Assembly (NCBI GenBank): GCA_022865265.1
Contig: JALIDO010000002.1
Coordinates: 1-38,306 of the forward strand
DNA length: 38,306 nt
Source of the DNA: Candidatus Nanohalarchaeota archaeon QJJ-5
GTDB taxonomy: Archaea; Nanohalarchaeota; Nanosalinia; Nanosalinales; Nanoanaerosalinaceae
Reading direction: 5' to 3'
The notes below the pieces were generated by a model. The model saw only the letters and a list, made by a program, of their open reading frames with translations, did no database searches and had not been told where the DNA came from. The position numbers and the translations under genes were made by a program. Positions 8,723 through 17,007 of the stretch are shown here, piece after piece. Positions within the stretch are counted from its first letter, which is position 1. The number at the start of each line of letters is the position of its first letter.

Positions 8723-9396
8723 CACTTGTCTGTTAATGGACTGTTTTCCCATGTCCGTTCAAGGAACCCTTTCCGTCCTGAGGCACGCTCATAGGCTTCA
8801 TACTGGTATTGGTTCCGTATCGAGTAGTTCTGGTGTCTATCTGCAGCACGGTAGAAGGTACTGGCGTTCAGTATCTCGGTGACGATCGGTTCATCGAAGG
8901 TTCCACTCTCGCTCAGGTTCTGTTTTGATTCTTTTGCCAATCGATACTGTCGATCGGTATGGGTATAGATGGCTGTTGTATAGTGATATCCCCGATCTGA
9001 GAACTGTCCACCGGCATCGGTTGGATCGATGCTTTTCCAGTACATATCGAGCAATTCTTTGTACGAGATCAAAGAAGGATAGTATCTGAGTTTAACGGCT
9101 TCTCTGTGATCGGTCTTACCGGTTACAACAAGGTTGTAGCTGGCGTTTTCTTCTGATCCACCGGTAAAGCCTGATACTGCTGATGCGATTCCTTTTTCTC
9201 CCTGATAAACGCCTTCGATACACCAGAAACAGCCGCCGGCGAATGTTGCTGTCTTCGGTGTCTCGTTCTGCACCATGGTGTGCCATTGTTCATCGTCTGC
9301 AGGGTTTGCAGTATCAGTTGCTGTTGCCTGCGTCGTGACGACTGCTGTCAGGACGGCGACACCGATCAATGTTGTGATAAAGATGTTCCGGTACAT
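8722..9396 (-). CDS. msrA: Peptide-methionine (S)-S-oxide reductase MsrA with N-terminal membrane or signal anchor
   Basis: GGCFWCIEGVY active-site motif, preceded by a hydrophobic N-terminus (IFITTLIGVAVLTAVV). Confidence 0.9.
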   Translation of the reverse strand: MYRNIFITTLIGVAVLTAVVTTQATATDTANPADDEQWHTMVQNETPKTATFAGGCFWCIEGVYQGEKGIASAVSGFTGGSEENASYNLVVTGKTDHREAVKLRYYPSLISYKELLDMYWKSIDPTDAGGQFSDRGYHYTTAIYTHTDRQYRLAKESKQNLSESGTFDEPIVTEILNASTFYRAADRHQNYSIRNQYQYEAYERASGRKGFLERTWENSPLTDK

Positions 9397-9415
9397 CGTG
9401 GCTCGGTCGGAATGA

Positions 9416-9488
9416 TAGCCCCCCCCGGATTCGAACCAGGGCCACGCGGTCCAAAGCCGCGCGCACTTGACCGCTATGCTAGGGGGCT
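9416..9488 (-). tRNA. tRNA-Gln (anticodon UUG)
   Basis: Hand-folded cloverleaf. Acceptor AGCCCCC/GGGGGCT with the A1-U72 pair typical of archaeal tRNA-Gln. Anticodon stem CGCGG/CCGCG with loop CUUUGGA. T arm CCTGG-TTCGAAT-CCGGG, discriminator A. CCA is not encoded and there is no intron. Confidence 0.9.
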
Positions 9489-9510
9489 CTACAATGGTTC
9501 ATGCGTGCAA

Positions 9511-9523
9511 GTTTCTTAAATTC
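9511..9523 (-). promoter_or_regulatory. TATA-like box (GAATTTAAGAAAC) for tRNA-Gln
   Basis: Centred about 27 nt upstream of the tRNA 5' end, the canonical archaeal spacing. Confidence 0.5.
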
Positions 9524-9537
9524 ATCAAGGGTTGCTG

Positions 9538-10071
9538 TCAGATGATGGTGATGATAATGCCAACTAGAGGCAGGATACCGATGACAGCGATCAACCAGCC
9601 CACGAAGCGGAGTTGCAGGTCTGGCTGGTCTGGTGTCAGTTTGTCAGTGGTTCCGTCTTGTTCTGCCACCACGACACTTCCTGCTATCCTGTCACCGAGT
9701 CGCTGGCTGAAGGGAGATGCGAATGCTGTCCCGATACCGGTGAGGTAGAAGGTCGAAAAATCGAGGATACGGAAAACATTACGTATCAGGGCTGCTTTTG
9801 GTGTGATTGGTTCAAGTGTCTCTTTCTGCACGATCTTCAGATCCATACGTTCTTTTGCAGGCGTTGTTCCATCTTTGCTCTCGAATCCGATGAAATAGAG
9901 GATGTTGGCTATGATGATGGTGGCTCCTGCCGGGATCGGCCACGGGATAGAGAGTGTGTGAGCAAGTCCGAATCCGATCGGTATACCGATGAGGCTACCA
10001 AGAATCGACGCGATGAGGTGATCCGCCATTACGGCTGATCGAGAAACTAATGAGGCTGCTTGTAGACCCAT
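9538..10071 (-). CDS. RDD-family membrane protein
   Basis: TM segments flank ...TTPAKERMDLKIV... and a C-terminal QRLGDRIAGSVVV motif typical of RDD domains. The start is uncertain (ATG at 10071 or 10029). Confidence 0.65.
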   Translation of the reverse strand: MGLQAASLVSRSAVMADHLIASILGSLIGIPIGFGLAHTLSIPWPIPAGATIIIANILYFIGFESKDGTTPAKERMDLKIVQKETLEPITPKAALIRNVFRILDFSTFYLTGIGTAFASPFSQRLGDRIAGSVVVAEQDGTTDKLTPDQPDLQLRFVGWLIAVIGILPLVGIIITII

Positions 10072-10080
10072 CAGTGTCTA

Positions 10081-10647
10081 TTAGTTCGGGGTGACTTCTG
10101 TTTTCCGGAATTCGACGGTCTTGAGTGGGTAGATCTTCTTGCAGGCGTCGTTCAGTTCTGACTGGAGTTCGTTCTGGAACATATCCTGCATGAAGGTCTG
10201 GAAGTCACGGTCCTGTGCCTGTTCTGTGACAATCTCTTCCATCTGCTTCCGGATTTCGGTCTTGGCTGCTGATGTGGTCTTGTTGATGGTCGTAGCGATT
10301 AGCTTGACACGGACTTCACGGCCATCGCTTGTTTCCACATCGACGACCTGGTCGATTCGGTCGGTCTGTCGCCGTACCATCTTTGAGATGTATTCCTTCG
10401 ATGTATCGTGGCCTGCGAGGACGGCTTTTGCCTTGTTGCCCTCGACGTCTTTGACCTGTAGATAGACATCCATGTAGTATTTATCAGAGGATGGCATCAG
10501 GTCTTGTAGATTGACCTTGACGCGTCGGTCATGTAGCTTCTGTTCCTTGTCTGCTGGTGTCTCTGCTACTTTCTCGTTGTCAAATACATCTGGAGCGATG
10601 ATTTCGTACCAGTCTTTCTGTATTACTGATTTGGCCATGAGTATCAC
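10081..10647 (-). CDS. rps3ae: 30S ribosomal protein S3Ae (eS1)
   Basis: N-terminal KDWYEIIAPDVF motif, the right length and conserved archaeal synteny with S15 and RecJ-like. There is a 4-nt overlap with the upstream gene. Confidence 0.93.
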   Translation of the reverse strand: MILMAKSVIQKDWYEIIAPDVFDNEKVAETPADKEQKLHDRRVKVNLQDLMPSSDKYYMDVYLQVKDVEGNKAKAVLAGHDTSKEYISKMVRRQTDRIDQVVDVETSDGREVRVKLIATTINKTTSAAKTEIRKQMEEIVTEQAQDRDFQTFMQDMFQNELQSELNDACKKIYPLKTVEFRKTEVTPN

Positions 10648-12032
10648 GCTTGGTGAGTCAGGGTGTCTTTTGACAGTGACTCTGTCAGCTCTTCTCTGAT
10701 GACCTTTATAAACCTTTCTTGTTCTGTCCGGGGGATCTTGCCGCCTGCGGCTCGTTCGTGTCCACCGCCTTCACCCCCGACTGTCGTACAGCAGGTTTCC
10801 ATCAGTTCGCTCATCGCGAGGCCTGTCTCGGTCACCTCGGAGGAGGCGCGTGCAGATATCTTGATCGCATCCTCGCCTTTGTGTGCCATCCCGATGATGA
10901 TTGGATCATCCAGGATGTCGCTACGAATACAGATACTGGCGATGGTTCCGATCATATTGGCATGGATACTGTCGTCTGCCTGTATAAGAGTCCCGGGACC
11001 GATCTCCTGGATCACTTCTGTATCGTCCATGTTATCTTCCACGAAGGAAAGGTATCGTCCGATCTTGCGGCTGTACTTCCGTTTGATGGTCGCGGCCAGG
11101 TCGAAATCATCTTCACGTGCGATCGTCACACCATCAGCCGGCCGATCGAGGCGCCCGCATGCGTTCATCAATGAGGCGAATTCTCTGATCTCCCATCCGT
11201 TGTCCAGGATATAGACACTGCCGATGAGTTGTTCGATATCACCGTATCCTTTTTTGATAAGGCCATTGACAATCATCCGTTCTTCTTCAAGGCTCAGGTC
11301 TGCGAGTGACCGCCATTCTCCATTCTCGTCTGATAGTTCGATGCCAATCGAGCGGAGGAACTGGACGGCGCCGGATTCATTATCGGTGATGCCACTGAGA
11401 TACGGGTCGGTCGTGTAGGTCAGGGCTTTCACGAGATTCCTGCCCCGTCGTCCATAGAGTTTCAGGCCCTGTTTGATGGTGATGTGGTCATGCTTTTGTG
11501 CTTCTTCGACAATCTCTTGGTTCAGGCCCTGATAGGTATCACCATCACGCTGCATATCACCGGTTGCACCGATAAGAGCATAAGGGCTCAGGTCGATGTT
11601 TGCCTGATCAAGTTCGCGGGCTACCACATAGGTCATCCCGGCACCAGAGATTTCTGAGCCGCCATCGATGCCGACTAGATGGGGGTTACAGTGATGCTCA
11701 AGGGTTCCGTCCTCGGATGGTTCGTGGTGATCGATGATGGCCACGTCGTGATGGTCCAAGACAGTATTTACTGTCGGGAGCTGGCCGCTTCCGAAGTCTG
11801 TCAACAAGACGGTCTCGTGGTCATGGTCTGTCACAACAGATGCAAGTTTCTCTTCGGTAAGTTCATCGAGGAAGACCTGGTCGAACTGTTTGTCTTCCCG
11901 TTCGAGCATTTCACGCACGATGACAGCAGAACTGATGCCATCACAATCGTAATGGCTGACACAGAGAATATCATCGTGGTCTTTGAGAAATGATGCGATT
12001 TGTGCAGCGCTGGTTGTCAGTTGTTGGTCCAT
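10644..12032 (-). CDS. DHH/DHHA1 phosphoesterase, archaeal RecJ/Cdc45-like (GAN-type)
   Basis: DHH-family motifs (VSHYDCDGISS, LTDFG, IIDHH) and a C-terminal GGGHERAAGG (DHHA1). It occupies the conserved position between the S15 and S3Ae genes. Confidence 0.85.
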   Translation of the reverse strand: MDQQLTTSAAQIASFLKDHDDILCVSHYDCDGISSAVIVREMLEREDKQFDQVFLDELTEEKLASVVTDHDHETVLLTDFGSGQLPTVNTVLDHHDVAIIDHHEPSEDGTLEHHCNPHLVGIDGGSEISGAGMTYVVARELDQANIDLSPYALIGATGDMQRDGDTYQGLNQEIVEEAQKHDHITIKQGLKLYGRRGRNLVKALTYTTDPYLSGITDNESGAVQFLRSIGIELSDENGEWRSLADLSLEEERMIVNGLIKKGYGDIEQLIGSVYILDNGWEIREFASLMNACGRLDRPADGVTIAREDDFDLAATIKRKYSRKIGRYLSFVEDNMDDTEVIQEIGPGTLIQADDSIHANMIGTIASICIRSDILDDPIIIGMAHKGEDAIKISARASSEVTETGLAMSELMETCCTTVGGEGGGHERAAGGKIPRTEQERFIKVIREELTESLSKDTLTHQA

Positions 12033-12050
12033 CCTGTCTGCCTTCCTGTC

Positions 12051-12488
12051 TTATCGGTGGCGTTCAGGGGTGTAGGTCCAATCGTCATCGAGTTCATCGC
12101 CTCTGTAGTAATCAGCGAGGCGTCGTACTTTTGACTCGATGAGATCGAGGCTGCGCTGTGCTTCGAGATCGTTCTGGTTTTCATCCAGATGATCGCGGAT
12201 GCTGACAGCCCGATCGATCAGGTTCTGAAGATCTTCTGGTAGGTCAGTTCCGAGGTCTTCGGCATCGAGAATATCGGTGACTGCCTGGCCGGTCATGGCC
12301 TGAACGTCAGGGATGCCATACCGATCTCGGAGGATGCGGCCGATATCTGAGGCTCTGTGGCCCTGGTTGGCAAGCTTGACGACCAGTTGTTCGACTTCAT
12401 CGCTATCATAGGTAACCCAGCTTGTATCCATCGTTTTGGGTTTTGTCGATCCAGACTGGCCGCGTTGTTCTGAGTGCATCCGTGCCAT
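12051..12488 (-). CDS. rps15: 30S ribosomal protein S15 (uS15, S13e-type)
   Basis: 145 aa with an archaeal uS15 N-terminus (MARMHS..RG.SGS.KP) and a C-terminal helical S15 domain. Confidence 0.93.
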   Translation of the reverse strand: MARMHSEQRGQSGSTKPKTMDTSWVTYDSDEVEQLVVKLANQGHRASDIGRILRDRYGIPDVQAMTGQAVTDILDAEDLGTDLPEDLQNLIDRAVSIRDHLDENQNDLEAQRSLDLIESKVRRLADYYRGDELDDDWTYTPERHR

Positions 12489-12548
12489 GTATCATCACTA
12501 CCTCTGAAAGGGTATAGTATGCTCTCGCAGGCAAGTTTTTTATACCCT

Positions 12549-13136
12549 TCAGGTGTATCGTTGTCGGTTCTCGATGCTATGCATGCGTTGTTCCACATCT
12601 TCGCTTTCATCATATGTATCATGATAGGTCTCCATGATGGTCGAGAAAGCGTCGTTCCAGATGGTATTGTGGGTGGCCTCTAGTGTCTGTCGCAGCAGAC
12701 GGATATCGGTGGCACGGTCTTCGATTCGCTGTGAGAAATACCCAAGTCCGAAATCGATCACGATGATCTCATTGTCCTTTGAATACAGCATGTTCGAGGT
12801 GGTGAGATCGCCATGGATGATGTCATTAGCATGGAGGCGTCCGAGATATTCACCGATCGTTGGCCAGAGTGTCTCATCTGTCTCCAGATGTTCCCGTACA
12901 GGTGTGCCGCTGATCCATTCGATCTTGAGGGTGTGGTCATCGATCTGTTCGACAGCTGGGGTCGGGACACCGGCTTGCTGTGCTTTTTCCAGGAGACGTT
13001 TCTCCTGTGAGGTCCGATCGGCACGTATTGTCGCATCGATCTCAGGATGGCGATACTGTTTCGGGATTCGTTCTTTGATCACATGGTCATTGTCTCGTTT
13101 CAGGATGGCTTCGGCACCCTGGGCGATGATGGTCAC
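12549..13136 (-). CDS. bud32: KEOPS kinase/ATPase Bud32
   Basis: Small RIO-like kinase with GAEA near the N-terminus, IIHGDLTTSN catalytic loop and VIDFGL. ATGA overlap with the upstream yrdC-like gene. Confidence 0.88.
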   Translation of the reverse strand: MTIIAQGAEAILKRDNDHVIKERIPKQYRHPEIDATIRADRTSQEKRLLEKAQQAGVPTPAVEQIDDHTLKIEWISGTPVREHLETDETLWPTIGEYLGRLHANDIIHGDLTTSNMLYSKDNEIIVIDFGLGYFSQRIEDRATDIRLLRQTLEATHNTIWNDAFSTIMETYHDTYDESEDVEQRMHSIENRQRYT

Positions 13137-13711
13137 TGGTTGATCACCGCCTCGATCTGTTCTTTGGTGACCGGTCCGTTCCGATGGATGGTTATCCCTG
13201 TTGCTGTCAGTTCGGCGACAGTTGATGATGGTGTCTGTTCGAGTGTGCCGGCATCGATGATCGTATCGACCTGTTCTCGTACGGTCGGGTCGATCTCATC
13301 GATGCTGTAGGATGCGGGTTGGCCTGATCGGTTCGCACTGGTTGCGATGATCGGTGCACCGAGTTCCCGCGATAATCGTCGGCAGCGTTCGTGTGCAGGG
13401 ATACGGAAGGCAAATTTATGGTTCACGATAGAGGGTAATCGGTCATGTTTTTCTGTCACCAGGGTCAAAGGTCCTGGCATGAGGGTATCACAGATGTTCT
13501 GTTCTGCTGTTGTCAGGTCGCCATACTGGTCTGCCATCGATCGGTCGGCAACGATACAGGTGAGTTTCTTTTCACGCGGTCGTTGTTTGATATCGTATAT
13601 CTGCCGGACAGCATCAGGGTTCGTGGCATCACAACCGATGCCATAACAGGTCTCGGTTGGATAGATGAGTGTGCCACCGTGTTCGAGTGTCGTGATGGCA
13701 TCGTCAGTCAT
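13133..13711 (-). CDS. Threonylcarbamoyl-AMP synthase, short YrdC-only form
   Basis: Track ORF trimmed to the ATG at 13711, which overlaps the kae1 stop by 8 nt. YrdC motifs are present (LIYPTETCYGIGCDA, KQRPREKKLTCIV, LRRxxGAPIIATSANRSG-type segment). At 192 aa there is no C-terminal Sua5 domain. Confidence 0.85.
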   Translation of the reverse strand: MTDDAITTLEHGGTLIYPTETCYGIGCDATNPDAVRQIYDIKQRPREKKLTCIVADRSMADQYGDLTTAEQNICDTLMPGPLTLVTEKHDRLPSIVNHKFAFRIPAHERCRRLSRELGAPIIATSANRSGQPASYSIDEIDPTVREQVDTIIDAGTLEQTPSSTVAELTATGITIHRNGPVTKEQIEAVINQ

Positions 13712-14684
13712 CGATCCATGGCACCTCGGTCTGGTCGGTCCGCCAGTTTGGATCGGTGCCCAGTGCTGAAAGCTCTTCGCCACCGGCTGCTCTGTACTGG
13801 CGGGCACCGGCCTGTGCGATCATGGCACCGTTGTCCATACAGTATGCATGTGGAACCTTGAAACGCTGACCATCCCGTTCCTCGGCCATGGTTGCAGCCA
13901 TCTCCTGGAGTCGGTTGTTCGCGGCCACACCACCGGTCACGAGGAGTTCGTCTTTCCCGGTGTGTGCCATCGCCCGTTCTGCTGCTTCGATCAGCATGGC
14001 GAATGCGTATTCCTGGAAGGAGAAACACAAGTCATCGGTATCGACATCATCGATCTTCGATTGTGCTTCGGTTACAAGGCCTGAGAATGAGAAATCCATC
14101 CCTTTGACCACATATGGCAGATCGATTAGTGTCTCCCCCTGTCGTGCTCGTTGTTCGATCTCTGGACCACCAGGATGTGGAATATCCAGGGCACGGGCGA
14201 ATTTATCGAGGGCATTCCCGATGGCGATATCGAGGGTCTCACCGAAAACACGGTATCGTCCACCACTGTAGGCAATGATCTGTGCGTTGCCTCCGGAGAC
14301 ATACAGGGTGACGGGGTCTGTAGCATCGGTTGTCAGTTTTCCGATCTCGATGTGGGCGACACAATGGTTGACACCGACGATCGGGATATCATGCTGGGCT
14401 GCGAGGCTCCGGGCTACGGTACCACCGATCTGGAGGCATTGTGGAAGGCCAGGTCCTCGCGAGAAGGCGATACAATCGATATCTTCGATGTCATGGTCAG
14501 TCTGTGCCAGTGCCTGATCGAGGACCGTGTCTGCTTTCCGATAATGGTGTTCGGAGGCTTCGCTTGGATGTATGCCGCCTTCCTCGGGGGTGTACTGGTC
14601 TTTGCTGTTGGCCTGTATGGTGCCATCTTCGATGATACCGATACCGAAGGTATGTGCTGTCGACTCTATCCCGAGGGTGATCAT
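13704..14684 (-). CDS. kae1: tRNA N6-adenosine threonylcarbamoyltransferase Kae1
   Basis: ASKHA-fold Kae1/TsaD signatures: LGIESTAHTFGIGI, VGVNHCVAHIEIG, SGGNAQ and CMDNGAMIA. Confidence 0.95.
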   Translation of the reverse strand: MITLGIESTAHTFGIGIIEDGTIQANSKDQYTPEEGGIHPSEASEHHYRKADTVLDQALAQTDHDIEDIDCIAFSRGPGLPQCLQIGGTVARSLAAQHDIPIVGVNHCVAHIEIGKLTTDATDPVTLYVSGGNAQIIAYSGGRYRVFGETLDIAIGNALDKFARALDIPHPGGPEIEQRARQGETLIDLPYVVKGMDFSFSGLVTEAQSKIDDVDTDDLCFSFQEYAFAMLIEAAERAMAHTGKDELLVTGGVAANNRLQEMAATMAEERDGQRFKVPHAYCMDNGAMIAQAGARQYRAAGGEELSALGTDPNWRTDQTEVPWIDD

Positions 14685-14709
14685 CTCGGCTCACGGAGAG
14701 AAAAAAGGG

Positions 14710-14862
14710 TTACTTCTGGATCTTCGAGTACCCACACTTGCCACAGCTCTTGCGGCCGTCATGCTGTGCGAGCAATGAGCTGCATCGTGGGCACTGTTCG
14801 CCATCGAGTTCTCCGTCGTCGCTGTATTTTTCCCAGCGTTCAACGTTGGCGTGTTTCGGCAT
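14710..14862 (-). CDS. rps27ae: 30S ribosomal protein S27ae (eS31), 50 aa
   Basis: Hand-translated because it is below the ORF-track length cutoff: MPKHANVERWEKYSDDGELDGEQCPRCSSLLAQHDGRKSCGKCGYSKIQK. It has a CxxC...CxxC zinc ribbon. The ATG overlaps the S24e stop (TAATG). Confidence 0.85.
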   Translation of the reverse strand: MPKHANVERWEKYSDDGELDGEQCPRCSSLLAQHDGRKSCGKCGYSKIQK

Positions 14863-15167
14863 TATGCATCATCCTCTTCTTGTGTATCTTCTGTTTCGTC
14901 CTGTCCGTCTTCTGTGTCTTCCTCATCTTCGGGTTCGTGGACAGGTTCGTCCCAGACAGTGAGGACTGCTCGTGAGATTCCGTTTCCGTATTCTGTCTGG
15001 ATGGTCTCGACACTGACTGTATTGCGGTCGAAGTCCTGTTGTGCTGCGAAGTTCTTTCTGACATCATCGCCTGCCGGTGTAACCTCACCGGTGTGGTCGA
15101 TTGTCAGCTCATACTCGTCTCGTCCGAGCAGAGGGTTCTGTTTCTCTGCTGTGATTGATAGTTCCAT
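14862..15167 (-). CDS. rps24e: 30S ribosomal protein S24e with acidic C-terminal extension
   Basis: N-terminal NPLLGRDEY motif typical of S24e. GAGGTGA SD upstream. The tail is Asp/Glu-rich. Confidence 0.9.
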   Translation of the reverse strand: MELSITAEKQNPLLGRDEYELTIDHTGEVTPAGDDVRKNFAAQQDFDRNTVSVETIQTEYGNGISRAVLTVWDEPVHEPEDEEDTEDGQDETEDTQEEDDA

Positions 15168-15178
15168 GGTGGTTCACC

Positions 15179-15370
15179 TCATCCTTTCACACGGACGGCA
15201 TATTTGCCTGGTGTGGATATGTCTGCTTCCTCGGCGATCTCAGATTGATCTGCATCGTAGATGATGATCATGCCGTTCCATGCTGTTGTTAGATCATTGT
15301 TTTTACAGATCGGGCAGGTGTTGCCTTCTTCGACGATTCTGTTACAGTCGGGGCATGCTTTGTCTGGCAT
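15179..15370 (-). CDS. spt4: Transcription elongation factor Spt4 (RpoE'')
   Basis: 63 aa with a CPDC...CPIC zinc ribbon. It lies immediately downstream of rpoE' as in other archaea. Confidence 0.85.
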   Translation of the reverse strand: MPDKACPDCNRIVEEGNTCPICKNNDLTTAWNGMIIIYDADQSEIAEEADISTPGKYAVRVKG

Positions 15371-15372
15371 GA

Positions 15373-15936
15373 TTACTCGTCCTCCTCTTCTTCATCGTCT
15401 TCCAGTTCTTCCTCGATCCATTCGAGCTTGCCAAGTGCTGGCTGTCGCATGGTGAGGTTGACTTTGTTGTCGGCTGAATCATCGAGGCTGACAGCCGTGA
15501 TTCGTGCACGAACTGTATCGCCTTGCTGTAGTGTCTTCGATCCTTCTTCGCCGACAAGCATTTCCTGTGTCTCATCATAGTCGACGTACTGGTTCATGAT
15601 CTGTGAGATATGACACAGGCCATCGATGGGTCCGATGCGGATGAATGCGCCGAAATCGGTCACATCGACGACTTCACCTTCGACGACTTCGTGTAGTTCT
15701 GGTTCAAAGCTCAGGGTCTCGTACGTGACTGGATAATGAACGCCGGCGTCTTCTGGTTCGATATCGCCTTCACCGATATTTGTCACATCGGTGATCGCTA
15801 GCACTACGCCAAGATCCTTATGGATCGTGCCTTCGAGTTGGCGTGCGAGGCTCTGATGGACGGATTCCTGGAGATCACGGCCCAGTAGTTCCGGATCGAC
15901 GCGGATGCGCTCTTCGATGGTAAGTTCTCTGTACAT
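15373..15936 (-). CDS. rpoE: DNA-directed RNA polymerase subunit E' (Rpo7)
   Basis: N-terminal Rpb7-like domain plus a C-terminal S1 domain (GEVVDVTDFGAFIRIGPIDGLCHISQ). Confidence 0.9.
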   Translation of the reverse strand: MYRELTIEERIRVDPELLGRDLQESVHQSLARQLEGTIHKDLGVVLAITDVTNIGEGDIEPEDAGVHYPVTYETLSFEPELHEVVEGEVVDVTDFGAFIRIGPIDGLCHISQIMNQYVDYDETQEMLVGEEGSKTLQQGDTVRARITAVSLDDSADNKVNLTMRQPALGKLEWIEEELEDDEEEEDE

Positions 15937-15938
15937 TC

Positions 15939-16478
15939 TTAGTTACCGTATTTTCGTTTGTATAGTTCGACGGAGTGGTTTACTGCCTTTTTCGCATCTT
16001 CCTTATCATCCCAGCCGTTGACAGCTACTTCTTTTCCTTCTTCAAGGTCCTTGTATGTCTTGAAGAACTGTGCAACTTCTTTCTTGATATGTTCTGGAAC
16101 ATCGTCGATATCGGTCATGTGGTCATATCGTGGATCTTCTGTCGGTACAGCGAGGATCTTATCGTCTTTCTCGCCTGAATCGACCATACGCATCAGACCC
16201 ACTGGTCGTGCTTCGATGATACAACCCGGGAAGGTCTGTTCATCCATCAGCACGATGATATCCATCGGATCGCCGTCATCATAGGTCGTCTTCGGGATGA
16301 ATCCGTATTCGCCTGGATAATGTTGTGGGCTGTACAGGACACGATCGAGAACATAGGTGCCAAAGTCTTTGGAGTATTCGAATTTGTTCCTGCTTCCTTT
16401 CGGAATCTCGATGACTGCGTTTACGATGTTCGGTACTTCGGGGCCGGTCGGAAGGTCTCGCCAGTGATCGTCAACCAT
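15939..16478 (-). CDS. ppa: Inorganic pyrophosphatase (family I)
   Basis: Trimmed to the ATG at 16478. Motifs AVIEIPKGSRNKFEY and YGFIPKTTYDDGDPMDIIVL. Confidence 0.9.
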   Translation of the reverse strand: MVDDHWRDLPTGPEVPNIVNAVIEIPKGSRNKFEYSKDFGTYVLDRVLYSPQHYPGEYGFIPKTTYDDGDPMDIIVLMDEQTFPGCIIEARPVGLMRMVDSGEKDDKILAVPTEDPRYDHMTDIDDVPEHIKKEVAQFFKTYKDLEEGKEVAVNGWDDKEDAKKAVNHSVELYKRKYGN

Positions 16479-16557
16479 GTGATATCTACCTCTGTCCTGT
16501 AATAGAACAGTTGTTAAACCACAAGGCACCTTTTTAAGTGTTTCTCTGAGTGGCGGT

Positions 16558-16944
16558 CTAGAACGTGAGCATATCGAGATGCTTCCCCTCAAGGTGGTTC
16601 TGCTGTCTGAGGAAGATATGTGGGAGGTTGTGATGGTCGACGCGTCGTTTTAGTTCTGTATCATTCGTACAGAGGATATACCCATCCTGTGCATATTCGA
16701 GGAGTTGTTGATCGACCGGGACGTCGGCTGCTGTCTCGATGATGTGGACGTCTTTCACTGCAACGAGTTTCTGGACCAACTGGTGATACTGTTGGTCTTC
16801 GAGGTTCAGTGCCTCATTGTAGGTGCGTTCAAGGGTATTACATGCATGATCTGGCCCGATGAGGCGTTCGATCTCATCGAAGACAGGAACATTGAACTGG
16901 AACGGGAGGACGAGGAAGTTGGCATCAAGGAGGACCTGGTGCAT
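16558..16944 (-). CDS. Fcf1/Utp24-like PIN-domain endonuclease (COG1412 type)
   Basis: PIN acidic residues lie in VLLDANFL and CTNDTELKRRV...LPHIFLR. The start is placed at the ATG at 16944, about 27 nt downstream of GTATAAAA. ATG 16968 is an alternative. The track ORF extends to 17124. Confidence 0.7.
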   Translation of the reverse strand: MHQVLLDANFLVLPFQFNVPVFDEIERLIGPDHACNTLERTYNEALNLEDQQYHQLVQKLVAVKDVHIIETAADVPVDQQLLEYAQDGYILCTNDTELKRRVDHHNLPHIFLRQQNHLEGKHLDMLTF

Positions 16945-17007
16945 GTCTTTATGTATGGTCAGTATCATTTTATACTCATGGAACAACGGGTACTGCATAC
17001 CTTTGAA

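Noticed and set aside
2541-9488. The copper island might be an integrative element inserted at the 3' end of tRNA-Gln.
   Set aside because: The tRNA 3' end does face the island. However, I found no integrase or recombinase gene and no convincing direct repeat of the tRNA 3' segment (GGATTCGAACC...) at the distal boundary. The only near-match is a weak resemblance near 2550.
12508-12549. 9-bp inverted repeat AAGGGTATA ... TATACCCTT between bud32 and rps15.
   Set aside because: It could be a hairpin or terminator, but one arm contains the TATA-like GTATAAAAA of the S15 promoter and overlaps the bud32 stop. It is AT-rich and the loop is 24 nt. I cannot distinguish a regulatory element from coincidence.
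14151-14975. 274-aa plus-strand ORF. Similar long antisense ORFs occur at 22313-23104, 25738-26370, 27425-28018, 19394-20005 and 10663-11214.
   Set aside because: Each lies fully inside a confidently identified gene on the other strand (kae1, aIF2-gamma, trkH, Lon-like, rimK-like, recJ-like). Their translations are Cys/Arg/Ser-rich with no recognisable motifs.
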